Source of the DNA: Minutocellus sp. GHC0000111
Lineage: Eukaryota
Length of the DNA stretch: 64,000 nt
Direction of reading: 5' to 3'
NCBI GenBank assembly: GCA_977018835.1
Contig: OZ361260.1
Coordinates: 3,968,001-4,032,000, forward strand
Shown here: piece after piece, positions 22,471-34,400 of the stretch
Position numbering within the stretch: the first letter of the stretch is position 1
Layout of the letters: the number at the start of each line of letters is the position of its first letter
Notes under the pieces: model-generated
Told to the model about the DNA's origin: nothing
The model's database searches: none
Seen by the model: the letters and a program-made list of their open reading frames with translations, nothing else
Translations under genes and position numbers: made by a program

Positions 22471-24594
22471 TTACAACACCGGATGCCATCCACAAGCCTG
22501 GGGCTCAACCTCATCCGCATCATCGTACCGGTCAAAGTTGTCCTCGAGAGTAGTGGACGGTTTGATGGGAACCTCCAGCTTCCTCTTGGAGAGCGCCTCC
22601 CAATCAAAGCCCGAGAAGAATTTCTGCTTCATTATCTGGGCACAACCCCCCTTGGTTCTCCCCAGACGCTTGCTCTGGTACGACTTGAGCAGCTTCTTGA
22701 TAATGTCACAAAGACCCTTGGAGAAGTGGGACGGCATATTCACGGACCCGCTGAGGATCAATTCATATGTTTGCATAGGATCCTCCGAATAGAATGGAGG
22801 CGCGCCAGCGCATAGTTCAAAGATGAGCACTCCCAGGGCCCAGTAGTCCACGGCCCAGTCATGACCCTCGTTGAGGATGACTTCCGGGGCGAGATAATCG
22901 GGAGTACCGCACAGAGTCCAAAGCTTGCCGTTCTCCACCTTTTTGGCCAAGCCAAAATCCACCACCTTGAGATATCCGTCGGCGTCCATGACCAAGTTCT
23001 CGGGCTTGAGGTCACGGTAGGCAATCTTGCGGGCGTGGATCTGACAAAAGGCCAGAACGACCGAGGCGGCATAGAAGCGGCTCCAGGATTCCGGGAATTG
23101 ATTCTCGGCCCGAAGAAACTTGAACAATTCTCCACCTTGGAGGACTTCCAACAGAAAGTAAATGTTGCGTGAATCTTGCATGGCGCAGTGAAAGCTCAGG
23201 ATAAAGGGATGATTGAGCTCCTCCATAATCTCCTTCTCGTTGAGGACGTGGTCCTGCAGACCATTCTCCACGATGCCCGTCTTGGCCAGACATTTGAGGG
23301 CATATGACTTGGTCTTGCCGTCTTTGCCCTTGGCGGTAACGAGCTTGACCCGGCCAAAGGCTCCAACGCCGAGGGTTTGCTTCGTCTCGAGATCACTCAG
23401 CTCGTACTTGACGACCTCGTTGGAGCTGTCCTCGGCGGTGATTCCGTCATCCTCGTTTGCTCCCGCCGATCCCACTACATCGTCATTTCCAGCCGAAGAC
23501 GACTTGCCATCCAGCAAATCTTGGAGGTTGCCGAGCATCAACTCAAAGTCTTCTCGCATCAAGTACAGACATTTGACGTCGGAGCTGGCAATGCAGGTGG
23601 CCTGACGAACATCTTCCGACAATAGAGCCTTCTCGCCAAAGAACTGGCCACTGCCAAGTGTGGCAATCGGGCCATCGCCACCCTCACCCTTCTTGAATAC
23701 CTCCACCTCGCCACTTTCAATGAGGTAGAACACATCGCCACGCTCACCTCGGCGTACAATGACGTCGCCCTTGGCAAAGGTATCCTGCTGGGTAGCCAGG
23801 GCCATGACATTGATGTCGTCTGGCTGGAGCACATCACCAAGGACCTTATCGCCAATCTTGACCTTGCGTAGAAATTCCAGATGGAGCTCAGACCTCTTGA
23901 GCTTGCGCTGGCTGGTAATGCCCTTGAAGGCCGTACGATCGATGGACCAAAGCTTACAGTCCTGCGTTGCGCGGATGGTGGCCGCACGAGGCGAACCATA
24001 CATGAGCGCCAGCTCACCAAAGGCCGAGCCGGCAACGTAGGGTACTCCAACCTTGACCTCGTTGCCAGCACCGGTTCCCTCCTCGGGTACAGTCCTCACG
24101 GTGATATCAAGACTGCCCTCTTCTACCACAAAGAAGTGCTCGCCCTCATCGCCCTGCTTGATGACGGTCGAACCCTTGGCGTAGTCGGCCGAATCAAAGA
24201 CATCGATGAGGTCTACCAGCTCCTCCTCCGAGCAGGCACGAAAGAGCGTGTTGGATTTGATGGCATTGTAAATCAGCTTCCGAACGCTGTCGGACTTGGG
24301 AATGGCACGCTTGACGTAGTCCTTTTCGGCTGCTCGATTGGCCACGACGGCGGCACGGGCATTGTTCTTCTTCTTGGCAGTGGCAGTGGTGGTTGTTGGT
24401 GCGGTAGGAGCATGGGTGGTTGTGGCTGAGGTGGGGCTACTAGAAGTACCGCCAGCCTTGAGAGCCTCGAGCTGCTGGCGTAGCCGGGTAATCTCGTCCT
24501 TGGCTTCGTCGAGTGTTAGGTCGTCGTTATCATTTTGGTTTGCTGCCATCTTTTCTTCGTTTGGCGCGACGGTGCGAGAGTTGGTGCAGCCCAT
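22471..24594 (-). CDS. Cyclic-nucleotide-dependent protein kinase (PKG-like: two cNMP-binding domains + AGC kinase)
   Basis: FGELALMYGSPRAATI and FGEKALL..RQATC; GVGAFGRV, YRDLKPEN, DFG, TLCGTPDYLAPE. N-terminal MGCTNS acylation motif. Confidence 0.92.
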   Translation of the reverse strand: MGCTNSRTVAPNEEKMAANQNDNDDLTLDEAKDEITRLRQQLEALKAGGTSSSPTSATTTHAPTAPTTTTATAKKKNNARAAVVANRAAEKDYVKRAIPKSDSVRKLIYNAIKSNTLFRACSEEELVDLIDVFDSADYAKGSTVIKQGDEGEHFFVVEEGSLDITVRTVPEEGTGAGNEVKVGVPYVAGSAFGELALMYGSPRAATIRATQDCKLWSIDRTAFKGITSQRKLKRSELHLEFLRKVKIGDKVLGDVLQPDDINVMALATQQDTFAKGDVIVRRGERGDVFYLIESGEVEVFKKGEGGDGPIATLGSGQFFGEKALLSEDVRQATCIASSDVKCLYLMREDFELMLGNLQDLLDGKSSSAGNDDVVGSAGANEDDGITAEDSSNEVVKYELSDLETKQTLGVGAFGRVKLVTAKGKDGKTKSYALKCLAKTGIVENGLQDHVLNEKEIMEELNHPFILSFHCAMQDSRNIYFLLEVLQGGELFKFLRAENQFPESWSRFYAASVVLAFCQIHARKIAYRDLKPENLVMDADGYLKVVDFGLAKKVENGKLWTLCGTPDYLAPEVILNEGHDWAVDYWALGVLIFELCAGAPPFYSEDPMQTYELILSGSVNMPSHFSKGLCDIIKKLLKSYQSKRLGRTKGGCAQIMKQKFFSGFDWEALSKRKLEVPIKPSTTLEDNFDRYDDADEVEPQACGWHPVL

Positions 24595-24762
24595 CATGAC
24601 TCTTTGAGTCTCTGGGATTGGGGTGGATTCCGATGTTGATCTTGACCTTGACAAAAAAGGGTGAGTGAATTTTATACTTCGCTCATTTTCTTGAAGCAAT
24701 TCAATTCAAAATTTCAAATCTATTTGACCTCAACGGTTATGCACTCACTTCATTTCGAACCA

Positions 24763-25760
24763 ATGTCCCATCCATCACCACCCTCTAGAGAAGTGGAGCA
24801 GCGGACCTCGCCGTCCTCGCTCACCTCGTCTTGCGATGATGCAATGGATGTCGATACGACCCCGCCGACGGAGCCCCCTACTTCAGCAGCCGTCGTCACT
24901 TCGGCCTCGTCGTTCTCGACGTCGTCATCTTCGTCGACTCTACTACCACCGCAAGCGATTCTACTTCCATCGTTAGCAAATTCACCATCCCAACCCAATG
25001 GTTCTCCCCCTGGCCCCATCACTTCCTGTTTGGGTCCCATTCAAGTCAAGGACAACCTCTTCGAGTTTGTCCGTTCCAATCCCAGCCCCGACGCAATCGC
25101 AGCCAAGGCAGCCGAATTCGCAAATTTTTTGCCGTCTACAATAAGAGAATTTGATCGACTCAATATTGCCAAGACACTGATATCCCATCTTTTTACCCTC
25201 ATCGATACCAAAGACCGTGGCATTGAGCTGAGGAGAAAGGATAATCTTACGCTGTATGATTGGATCCATAGTACCTTTCCTCGTATCGATAAAAACGACC
25301 CAGGCTATGTCATCCACGGCCTCGCCTTTGCGGAGCTCGATGTCCCAAGACCGAGGGCGATGCCAAGGATCCCAAAGGAAAAGTACCAGAAGCATATGAC
25401 CAACCAGCTAGATGCCTATCAGTCCCAATGCAAGGCTCGCGGGATCCGCTTTGATCATTCTGCCATCCCCCGCCTCACCAAAATCGGAGATGCGGAGCCC
25501 TCTGAAGCCCTCTACAAATGGATGAAGAAGGTCCGCAACAATGGTTATGCCGACGATCCGTACTTTCTCGAAGTCGCTCCCCGGATCGAGCAGATCTGCG
25601 ACACCACCTTTGCACCGTCCATGCCCTTCGACGAGCTTCATGAGCATGTGGTCCATTCGAAAGATCAGCCCCACAAGGTACCATCGTATCATTCGTAGTG
25701 AAATGTAGTGCAATGTAAACCGCACTTCTAATTTTCGTTACATAGCTCTTCCCACATTGA
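24763..25760 (+). CDS. Hypothetical protein; probable intron 25678-25745
   Basis: 305-codon open frame from ATG 24763, then AAG|GTACC..ctaat..CATAG and a short final exon LFPH*. Confidence 0.5.
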
Positions 25761-25826
25761 TTCGATCCAAGCTACAAGTAGCTCGATACAAGATTTCCCC
25801 TTAGTAACGACCTTATAGATAGATCC

Positions 25827-27344
25827 CTACTTCAGCGGTCTGCAATGACGAAGATTCTCCTTCTTGACCGAGATGACCATTCCTTCTCGAATAGCTTGGG
25901 TACGTGGAACAATGAGGACAACCTTGAGACGTCCATTCTCATCGGATCCCTGGAGCCGGACAACGCTGAGATTCAGATCATACTTCTTCTTCAGCCCAAA
26001 GAGAACAAGCATGTCGCCCTCCTCAAAGCGCCCAAATTTTTTGCAACAATCGCGATGTCCCTTAGACCAGCAATCGGCCTGGCAGGATTCTGAACAATAC
26101 CATGCGAGGCGACAAGCCTTGCACTTAAATAACACCACCCACCAAACTGGATGCATTGAAACGCTGTATTTGGGTTGACAAATGATAGATCAACGATCTT
26201 AGATGTGGCCAAGCCTCCGAATTGCTCTAGCCGTCCTCTTGCGACCTTCAGCATGGAAACAGATACGAATTATTATTCCTCCATCAGGATGGCCACCAGC
26301 AACCTCCATTGGCGCAGGCAGATCGTGCAAACAAACTTCCTTCGACATGGCAATGAACCGACGAAGGTAATTCATGTGGTTTGGGGCGGCACAGGGCAAG
26401 ATAGCGGATGGCATAGAGCACGCATAAACAGCCATCGCTCGAATATCGATCGACTCGGTCATATCGGAGGCAATGGACTTGAAAAGCTGAGTGCAACCCT
26501 CGACAGAATCCAGATAGGTCTCAAAAGCACGGACATCACCGCTATTGCTTTCCGTGACTACTCTGGTCAGTGCTTGCTCCAGAGATACGCAGCAGTGCAG
26601 AATGAAAAGCGAACGGAATCCCTCTGTGAGGTTGCGAGGGAGATTGAGAGCACCACAACATTGCTTCGCAACCAACCTCATGTCGCCCTCTGCAGCGGCG
26701 CAACCAGATTCAGCCAAGACGCCGCGAGCAACTTTCAAGCGCTGAGAATAGGGCACACACCCAGCAGGAGATGAAGGAATATCGTCGACGGCGTCCACCG
26801 CAGGCGCTTCGATACAAGTGGCTCCTAAAAAGGTTGGACTTCCAATCACACCTTCAACCTTGGTCTCGACGACTGCAGCCCGGTTTATGATCACAAGACT
26901 GCGAAGTGTGGTGGCATTGAACGAGAGAAAGTAGCTCATCAAACGAATGGTCGAGTAGTTGGTAAGCTGCCCTTTGGCCGCAAAGTTGAAGCTCTCTCTA
27001 TCAATAGTACGGGATGTATTTGCCCAGATACGGTGCTCGCCATCGGAAAGACAAAAAAGGTAACTATCAGCCACGGCATCGGCAGGCTCAACCTCGTCAA
27101 CTACCTGCAGAATTGGCGCATGCTTCTTGGCAAATGAATGCTCCTTGTTAGTAGCACCCCGTTTGAGCAACATTCGCACGGCACCACTCGTCAAGATTCC
27201 GGCCCCATCATCATCCCAATTGTTCGCATCGGCGGAATTTTTGGCGGAGGCGCTGCCATTGCCCTCTCGGCCTCCGCTTTCTCGGGCCTTGCCACTACCG
27301 CCACCACCACTGGTCTTGGCTCTGCGCTTGCTCTTCTTCGGCAT
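25827..27344 (-). pseudogene. RPA70N-like OB fold + uncharacterised helical domain + MYND zinc finger protein, disrupted at ~26130-26290
   Basis: PILQV..YLFCLSDGEH..STIRL..VIGSP resembles the RPA1 N-terminal OB fold; CKACRLAWYCSESCQADCW..HRDCC is MYND. The main frame has TAA 26199-26201 and a TGA. The first CxxC appears as CIQF in a shifted frame. Confidence 0.7.
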
Positions 27345-27679
27345 GGTAGTCGTGGTATTATTGCAACAATAGAGCGGAGCGAAGTGCAGGAGAGGAGTTG
27401 AACTGGCAGGCCCAGGTCGGCAAGTCAGCAAAAAAATCGGGAGATTGCCAGAAATACGTAGACCTACGTTACGTACGGAGAGACATCGATCGAAGCAAGC
27501 ACGCAAGGCGTTTTCATCGGCCGTTCGATCATTGTTGCCGGCCCAGACCAACTCCAGAATACATCCATCACAATCGACCGCTGGTCCTCTGAGTTTATAT
27601 AGTAGTAGATCATTCTACATCCACACTCTCTTTACTATTCGCCTTCTGCACTAGCCACCAGCCGCCTCACACCACCACG

Positions 27680-28346
27680 ATGATGACGAACAACAACAAC
27701 GAAAACGCCAAACCAGCAAAGACCTACTCGTCGTCCTCCAATGCCGCCGGCATCTCCCCGGTTCTGTACAGCTCCAAACCACCCGCCACCCTGGTCAACA
27801 GCTGGAACGAAACCAGCCAGGCCCGGGCCATGCTGGACCAGTGCCGCCGCGACAAGGCCTTCGTCGAGACGCAGCTCAGCAACGAGCAAGACAAGACCGA
27901 GAGGCTCGAACGGGAGAATTCGGAATTGCACGACGACAACGACATACTCCGGGCCCACCTTGCCGCCTTTGAGACGGAGAATCCTCTCCCTCCTGGATTG
28001 GTGAGTCGATGTCATGTAGCCTGCCGTGTTGCTGTTTGCCTCTTTCGCTACAGCTGTATTGTCATCATCATCATTTCATCTCTCGTTCTCACCGCCCTAC
28101 ACAATTGTACTTTGTTCGTGCGCCTACTTTGTTCGATATCCACCCACCCACCCACCCACCCACAACAACAACGACAACACACAGGAACGGATCTTCAGCG
28201 ACAGTCAGCAGCGGTACTTCTACTCCCACGCCGCCACCAAGCACTCGCAGTGGCACTACCCCACGGCGTCCGAGGTCCGCGACCCGACCATCGCCAAGCT
28301 GCGAGTCGAGCAAAACCAGGATGCCCACAACCGCCGTCTCAGCTGA
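27680..28346 (+). CDS. Coiled-coil + WW-domain protein; intron 28001-28184
   Basis: Splicing GTGAGT..ACAG gives LPPGL|ERIFSDSQQRYFYSHAATKHSQWHYPT, a WW pattern whose first Trp is Leu (TTG). Confidence 0.75.
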
Positions 28347-28670
28347 GCTGCTCTACACGTAGAGAGCATACTGTCATATTTCCACCACAAGCGGAAGGCA
28401 GCAGAGCACCCACTCAACACCAGCATCATTAGAGTATCACAAATTACATACCATAGGGCAGGGGAGAAGCCAAGGATGAGCAAGATATTGTCATTGACAT
28501 TGGTTGTATACATGTATGTAGTCATTTTTGTATCCTCCTCTGCCATCCACAACACGGCAACAATTGTATTGTAGCTATATGTTGTAATTTGAATGGACAT
28601 GTAGAGACTATCAATTCAACTAGACTAGCTAGATGCCCTGTATTTTGCAGCTATCTTACATGATTGAAGT

Positions 28671-29630
28671 CTAGGAATCCGCCTTCTTACTCCTGGCCTC
28701 CTTGGCCTTGGCAATGGACTTTTCGTACGGTGGTCGAATCGGCGGGGCCACCACCGCCGTGGCCGTATCCTCCAACGGATAGCTCTTGTCGGCATCCATC
28801 ACACCTCCACCGGGCGCGGTATATCCCGACAAATCACCGCACGCCACAAACGGCACAATGGTGCTTCGCAGATCGACGCTGTCCCCATCTCTCAGACCAC
28901 CGGCACCCCTCCTGGCCACGTCGACGTGGTCGAACCCACCCTCCAACGGCAGATCGCGGAATTCCCCGCCCTTGAACCCCTGACACACCACAAAGGACTC
29001 GATGCTGCTGTTCCGCGAACTGCTGGGCTTGGCCACCGACACGCGGGTGAAGAGCAGCCGCAGCTGTCCGTACAACAATCCCACGTCCCGTCCGCGGAAT
29101 ATTTTCGCCACGAAGCATCCACCGTCCTCCAGCACGTGGGAGGTGATGTTGATGGCGCTCAGCAGGAGCTGGCCCTGGACGTACTCGTCAATGTCGTGCA
29201 GGCCCGTCACGTCGGGGGCACCGTCGCAGATGACCAGCTTGGCGCGACGACCGTGAAAGTGCCGGATGATGCTCTGGGCGGTTTCCAGGGAGGTGATGTC
29301 ACCTTGCAAACAGCGGATTCCCGGCAGGGGTGCCATGGGCTGGAGGTCGACCGCCACAATCTTCACCTCTTCTTCGTCGCCATCTCCGTCATTATTACCA
29401 TCGCCAGTATGAATCAACCGATCGGCCAGCACCTGCGACCACGACCCCGGAGCGGCGCACAGGTCGACCGCCCTCCGGACGCAGCAGGAGCCGTCGGCCG
29501 CCTTTTGGGTGCCGAAGATGTCGAACTCCTCGTCGAGCTGGAGGAGCTTGAAGGCCGAACGGGCCCGGTAGCCGGACTCCTTGGCCCGGCGGTAGAACAC
29601 GTCGCGCTTGTCGCGGGAGAGGCGTCCCAT
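28671..29630 (-). CDS. TRM7: tRNA (C32/G34)-2'-O-methyltransferase, FtsJ family
   Basis: [77 protein letters not shown]. Confidence 0.93.
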   Translation of the reverse strand: MGRLSRDKRDVFYRRAKESGYRARSAFKLLQLDEEFDIFGTQKAADGSCCVRRAVDLCAAPGSWSQVLADRLIHTGDGNNDGDGDEEEVKIVAVDLQPMAPLPGIRCLQGDITSLETAQSIIRHFHGRRAKLVICDGAPDVTGLHDIDEYVQGQLLLSAINITSHVLEDGGCFVAKIFRGRDVGLLYGQLRLLFTRVSVAKPSSSRNSSIESFVVCQGFKGGEFRDLPLEGGFDHVDVARRGAGGLRDGDSVDLRSTIVPFVACGDLSGYTAPGGGVMDADKSYPLEDTATAVVAPPIRPPYEKSIAKAKEARSKKADS

Positions 29631-29946
29631 CTTGGTGCTTTTAGGAAAAAATGAAAAATTGCAAAATGAGTGAAGGCGATTTGGTCCGTCCTTCGACCGA
29701 TCAGGCGCCAAATGCTGTCCACAAATCCCGCTACTTCGACTTGGCGCCACAAACAGCATGCTATCTTTCCGTGGCAGCGCAGAGCAGTCATAAGCAGCGG
29801 TATCGCAAGGACCAGTAGCCTTCAGTTTGATAACATAACTGTGGCGTATCTTGCGTTGGATTATTGAAAAAAGCGACGAATTGGATTTTCTGCTGATGCC
29901 CTACAGCCGAACGTCGCCACAACCATCTCCACCATCGAAAAGCAAC

Positions 29947-30915
29947 ATGACGTCGTCGGGAGATGAGCACAACCTCACCAAGGAGGAGAAGAAACGGCGC
30001 AAGGCCGAGAAGAAGGAGCGCAAAAAGGAAAAAAAGGCCGCCAAGAAGCGCAAGCGCGACAGCTTGGAGTCGGCCGCTTCGGCTGCGACGCCCACAAGTG
30101 CCAATGGCGGGGCCCAAAAGAAGAGCAAGGAGGAGGCGAGCGGCGGCAATACTTCCAGTAGCAGCAGAGCAAGGACCAATTCCGTGGCGTCGGTGCACAC
30201 GCATCATTCGGTGACGGAGGATACCATCACGGAACGGATCGGGGCCAACGTGTCCAGTCGGGTCGTATCGGGCGATGCCACCGGCAGCTCGGCGACGTTT
30301 GGGGCGGCAGGCGTCGGTAGTGGTGGTGCCTCGGCTAGTAGCAGTAATGCCAGCCGAGGCAATGTGGAATTGTTGCCCTACCGTGTCAAAAAGGTCCGAT
30401 CGCTGGTATCGTTGGCCCCCTCGTCCCTATCGGACGTCAAGGGCAACATCCGCCGTCTTTCGTGCCAGGACGTCACGCGCTACGTACAGGGACTGGAGGG
30501 GGTTCTGATGGCCGTCCAAAAAGTCAAGGTCTGTGGACCGGGCCGGGTGCAGAACGAGCTGCCCCACGTCCACTACCAGGTGGAGGCCGACGTCGTGGTG
30601 TTCTGTCCCGACGTGGGCACCCGCCTCGTCGGAGTGGTGAACGAATCCTTCCCCTCCCACGTCGGTATGCTGGTCGACACGCTGTTCAATGCCATGGTCC
30701 CCGCCGAGGAGCTGCGGCGGCTGGGATACGAGTACGACATGGACAGCAATCAGTGGTCGACGGAGCGCGATGCCAAGACGGGAGAGCTCCTGCCGTCCCC
30801 GTTGCCCATCAGCGTCGATGATCGCATTGGATTTACCGTGTCCAAGTTGAACGAGTTGAATGGCATCATATCGTTGGAGGGCGATGATGCCGATATGCAG
30901 GGCGCGGAGCCGTAA
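29947..30915 (+). CDS. RPA43: RNA polymerase I subunit RPA43-like
   Basis: Lys-rich N-terminus; SLAP..LEGVLMA..PHVHYQVEADVVVFCPDVGTRLVGVVN..SHVGMLV..FNA matches the Rpb7-like SHS2/OB architecture of RPA43. Confidence 0.75.
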   Translation: MTSSGDEHNLTKEEKKRRKAEKKERKKEKKAAKKRKRDSLESAASAATPTSANGGAQKKSKEEASGGNTSSSSRARTNSVASVHTHHSVTEDTITERIGANVSSRVVSGDATGSSATFGAAGVGSGGASASSSNASRGNVELLPYRVKKVRSLVSLAPSSLSDVKGNIRRLSCQDVTRYVQGLEGVLMAVQKVKVCGPGRVQNELPHVHYQVEADVVVFCPDVGTRLVGVVNESFPSHVGMLVDTLFNAMVPAEELRRLGYEYDMDSNQWSTERDAKTGELLPSPLPISVDDRIGFTVSKLNELNGIISLEGDDADMQGAEP

Positions 30916-31479
30916 TGTACGGTAGACTAATGTATGTCTGATGATGACAGGCAAGCTAATATCATAGAGAAATTATGCATATGCCATGCATGTGATGAAT
31001 GCTCTTCATTAACAACTCGTACCTAAGTCTAAGCATGAATCATGGTTGTTGAATTCTCGCAAGATCTCTCAAAGCAGCAGTCTGGCCGCCGATTCGATTC
31101 ACTCGACCCAGACCATCGCACTCCCAAAAAATGCGGGAAGCGGCGAAGCTCGGCGAAGACATCGCCATGACGGCACTTCAAGCGCCGGCACCGCTCCAAT
31201 CGTATCAATTTAGCAGAACATTAGCAATCCTCTCGCTTGAGGTGTGGCGTCGCCAGAAGTCCCTTGGTGGCTATTATCGCTTCATTAGTGACCAACGGTA
31301 GATGCCAGCACTGCAGTTTGGCATCGACGCATGCTAGCAAAACATATCATCGATCACGACGACCGATTCTTTCACACACATTTTGTTCTTTCCGAAGAAG
31401 CAAGGGATTGACGATTAGACATATTGCGCCATACTTTCTTTGCGTTGGAGATTTCTGCACCTCGATCAATTGAGGTGCA

Positions 31480-34400
31480 TTGCAGTTGACCTCCATCTTG
31501 GACGGCGAGGCCTGTCAGGTTGCGATGGTGCACATGAAAGCGCAGCCTGACAGTCTGCAACAAAAGATATGCCGAAAACGGAAAAGACCGGGAGCGGCGG
31601 CGGCTTCGAGCGCGGCGTCGACAACGAACAGTCATCGCATGGCGGCAGCCTCTGTCGGCGGGCTGACGACGGCTCTGGTGATTGTAGGCTCCTCCTTGGC
31701 TGCCTTTGCGGCTGCCACAGGTGGCGAAGTCGATACGACGCATCAAATGCGCCGCCAGCAGCAGCAGCGGCGACCGGCGTCCAGGCAGTATCTGCGCCAC
31801 TCTGCTGCGTCCTCGCCGTCGTTATGGCAGACCAACAGCAATACCGATGATGATCGATGGCAGGCTCAATACAGCCAACACTCTCGCCACCTTCAAAGCT
31901 ACGATGGTGTTCTGATCCATCTGGAATCTCAGTGCAACGCCTGCATCGGCATCAATACGCTCGTGGGGGTCGCTCAGCCCAGCTCCAACATCACCATTGT
32001 GGACTGCGCGTCGACGTCGACCAATACGCTCAAACTGTGGGATTTCAGCCAGAGTGGCAACCTGTGTCTTCAGGATTCCGAGATTTGTGTGCTTTACAAC
32101 CCCACCAACGCCCAAACGTTTGGCGACCTACTCTCCATGCAAAGCCGGGAGGTCAACCCGACGCAGTTTGAGAATCAGAATCAAAAGTGGTTCTGGGAGA
32201 GTACCGGCGAGTTTACCCGGTCTCCGAACCAAAATCACTGCCTGGTCCATGCAGGCACCACGGGCGTTGAATTGCGGCCCTGCGATGCGACGGAGGAGTC
32301 CAAGCGACGGTGGACGCTGGCGACGCCGGGGCAGTATGGGTGCGATGCGGATAGTTTGACGGGTTTTCCAACGGCGAGTCCTACATCACAGGGAGGAGGA
32401 GGAGGAGGGCCAACGGCATCGCCGACGTTGGCGCCAGTGGTAGCTACAGAGGCCCCGACGCTGACGCCGGTGGAACAAACAGAAGCCCCGACGACATTGC
32501 AGCCCACATCATTGAGCCCCACTACTGCTGCGCCATCTTCAAGTGCACCCACAAGTGCAGCACCTACATCTGCCCCTGTTGCGACGGTGATTACACCAAG
32601 CCCCGTGGTGCCGGCGTCTTCATCACCGTCTTTGTCGCCTTCTTTGGTGCCTTCGTCCGACCCTTCTTTAACACCGTCGGCGTCTTCGCTCGGTACTGGC
32701 ACTCCTACCAACAGCAGCGGAAATACTACCGACACCACTGACCTAACGGAAGAGGCCGGCAATACAACAAGTACTTCGACTGGTGGTGGTAGCGGCAATT
32801 CCAATGAAGCTGCTGGAAATGCAACCTCTTCAGAAGATGGGACATCTGATAGTGGAAATAATACCACAACTACGGGCGACAATAACACCGACGAATCCAA
32901 AGGTGATGGTACCACTGGCGATATTGGCATCGGGTCTGGTGGTGGCGAAGAATACAATGATGGGATCACGTCGGAGGTTGGAGATCAGACAATCAAGAAG
33001 AAGAAACGGCGGAAAAAGAAGGGTGGGGGAGGGAACAACAATGAGGGTGGTCAGGAGGGTGGCGGTGGCGGCAACAAGAAGAAGAAGAAGCGACTCAAAA
33101 AGAACAAGAACAAGCAGGGTCAAGTAGAGGAAACCGATGCGCCTTCAGATGTCCCCTCCAATTCACCGACTCTACCACCCTCGCCAGCAAAGAAGAAGAA
33201 CAAGAAGAAAGGCAACAAGAAGAAAAAGAAGAAGAATAAGAAGCAAGGTGGCGGCGGTGAGGTTAAGAATGTTACCGACATGCCAAGTGGTGCACCTTCG
33301 ACCCCTCCAACTACGCTTGCACCATCGATGAGACCATCTGCTTCACCATCTGACCAAGCCAGTTCGTCTCCAAGTTCATCGCCAACGACTATACCTTCAC
33401 TTGCACCGACGCCAGATGATGGAATCACAACTACCGAGGTAGCGATGTCCCTTTCAGTCAGTTATCCAGATACTACCGATGCGGAATCTCTCTTGTCAAT
33501 AGTGGACAGCCCGGCTGCATTTGTATTTCAGAGGCAGCAGCAGAACAGCGCGACGTATCTCTACCAACTTGGCACTGATGATGCTTTGGACGCCGATACC
33601 TTCGACGTTAAGTCTCGGGTGAATGCGACGACTTGCAAGGAAGCTTCCGTGCCACAAGGAGAAGGCGAGCAAAACATCCAGTGCGGTGTGCTTAGCTTAT
33701 CCGTGTCCGTCGATCATGCAGATTCGGCTAAAACCGGTGAGGTCCGGTATGCCGTCATGACGCTTGTTCCCGATCTTATCGAGCGACTGGAGCTCCAGTC
33801 TCGTGACATCACCTCGGCGTCAAATCTCGGATCCAGAGCCGTCCCCTACACAATCGTTTCAAGTTTGAGCGGTGTTGCAGACGCCAGACCGCCATCTCCC
33901 AATGCCATCGCCGCGTACGAGGGAGCTTTGCAAAGAGTTCTTTCAAGTCAGCCGGCGTCACTTGGTTTGGATATCTTGCACATTGAAGTCAAGAGCACTG
34001 CTGTACGCACCGTCAATAATGCTGGCACTGACGATAACATCTTCGACAAGGATCCAGAGCACGATCAAAAGGATCATCTTGATGCAAAGCGCAAACTTCA
34101 GACAGATGGTGCAAGCGATAGAATTGCTGAAGTGACATTTGAGACGCTGATACTCAGTGAGTATGCGTCAGAAATGTTTCCTAATGTCAACGTAAATGCT
34201 CTCCTAGACGAAAACTCGGGACAGGTATTGACCATGCTGAAATTAGAAGGCGGGTCGTATTTTCAGGGTGTCGATTCGTTTGAATTGGTGACGAGGGCCC
34301 CGACCATGGCCCCGACGGAACAGAACCCGTCAGGTCCATCTCCTGGTGCTCCTGGTGCTGAAACAAGTGGCAGTGACAGCGGCCTGAGCTCGGTCGTAAA

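Noticed and set aside
28140..28180. (CACC)n/(CAA)n tract, and (CAT)n at ~5415-5441
   Set aside because: Ordinary intronic microsatellite and poly-Asp codons.
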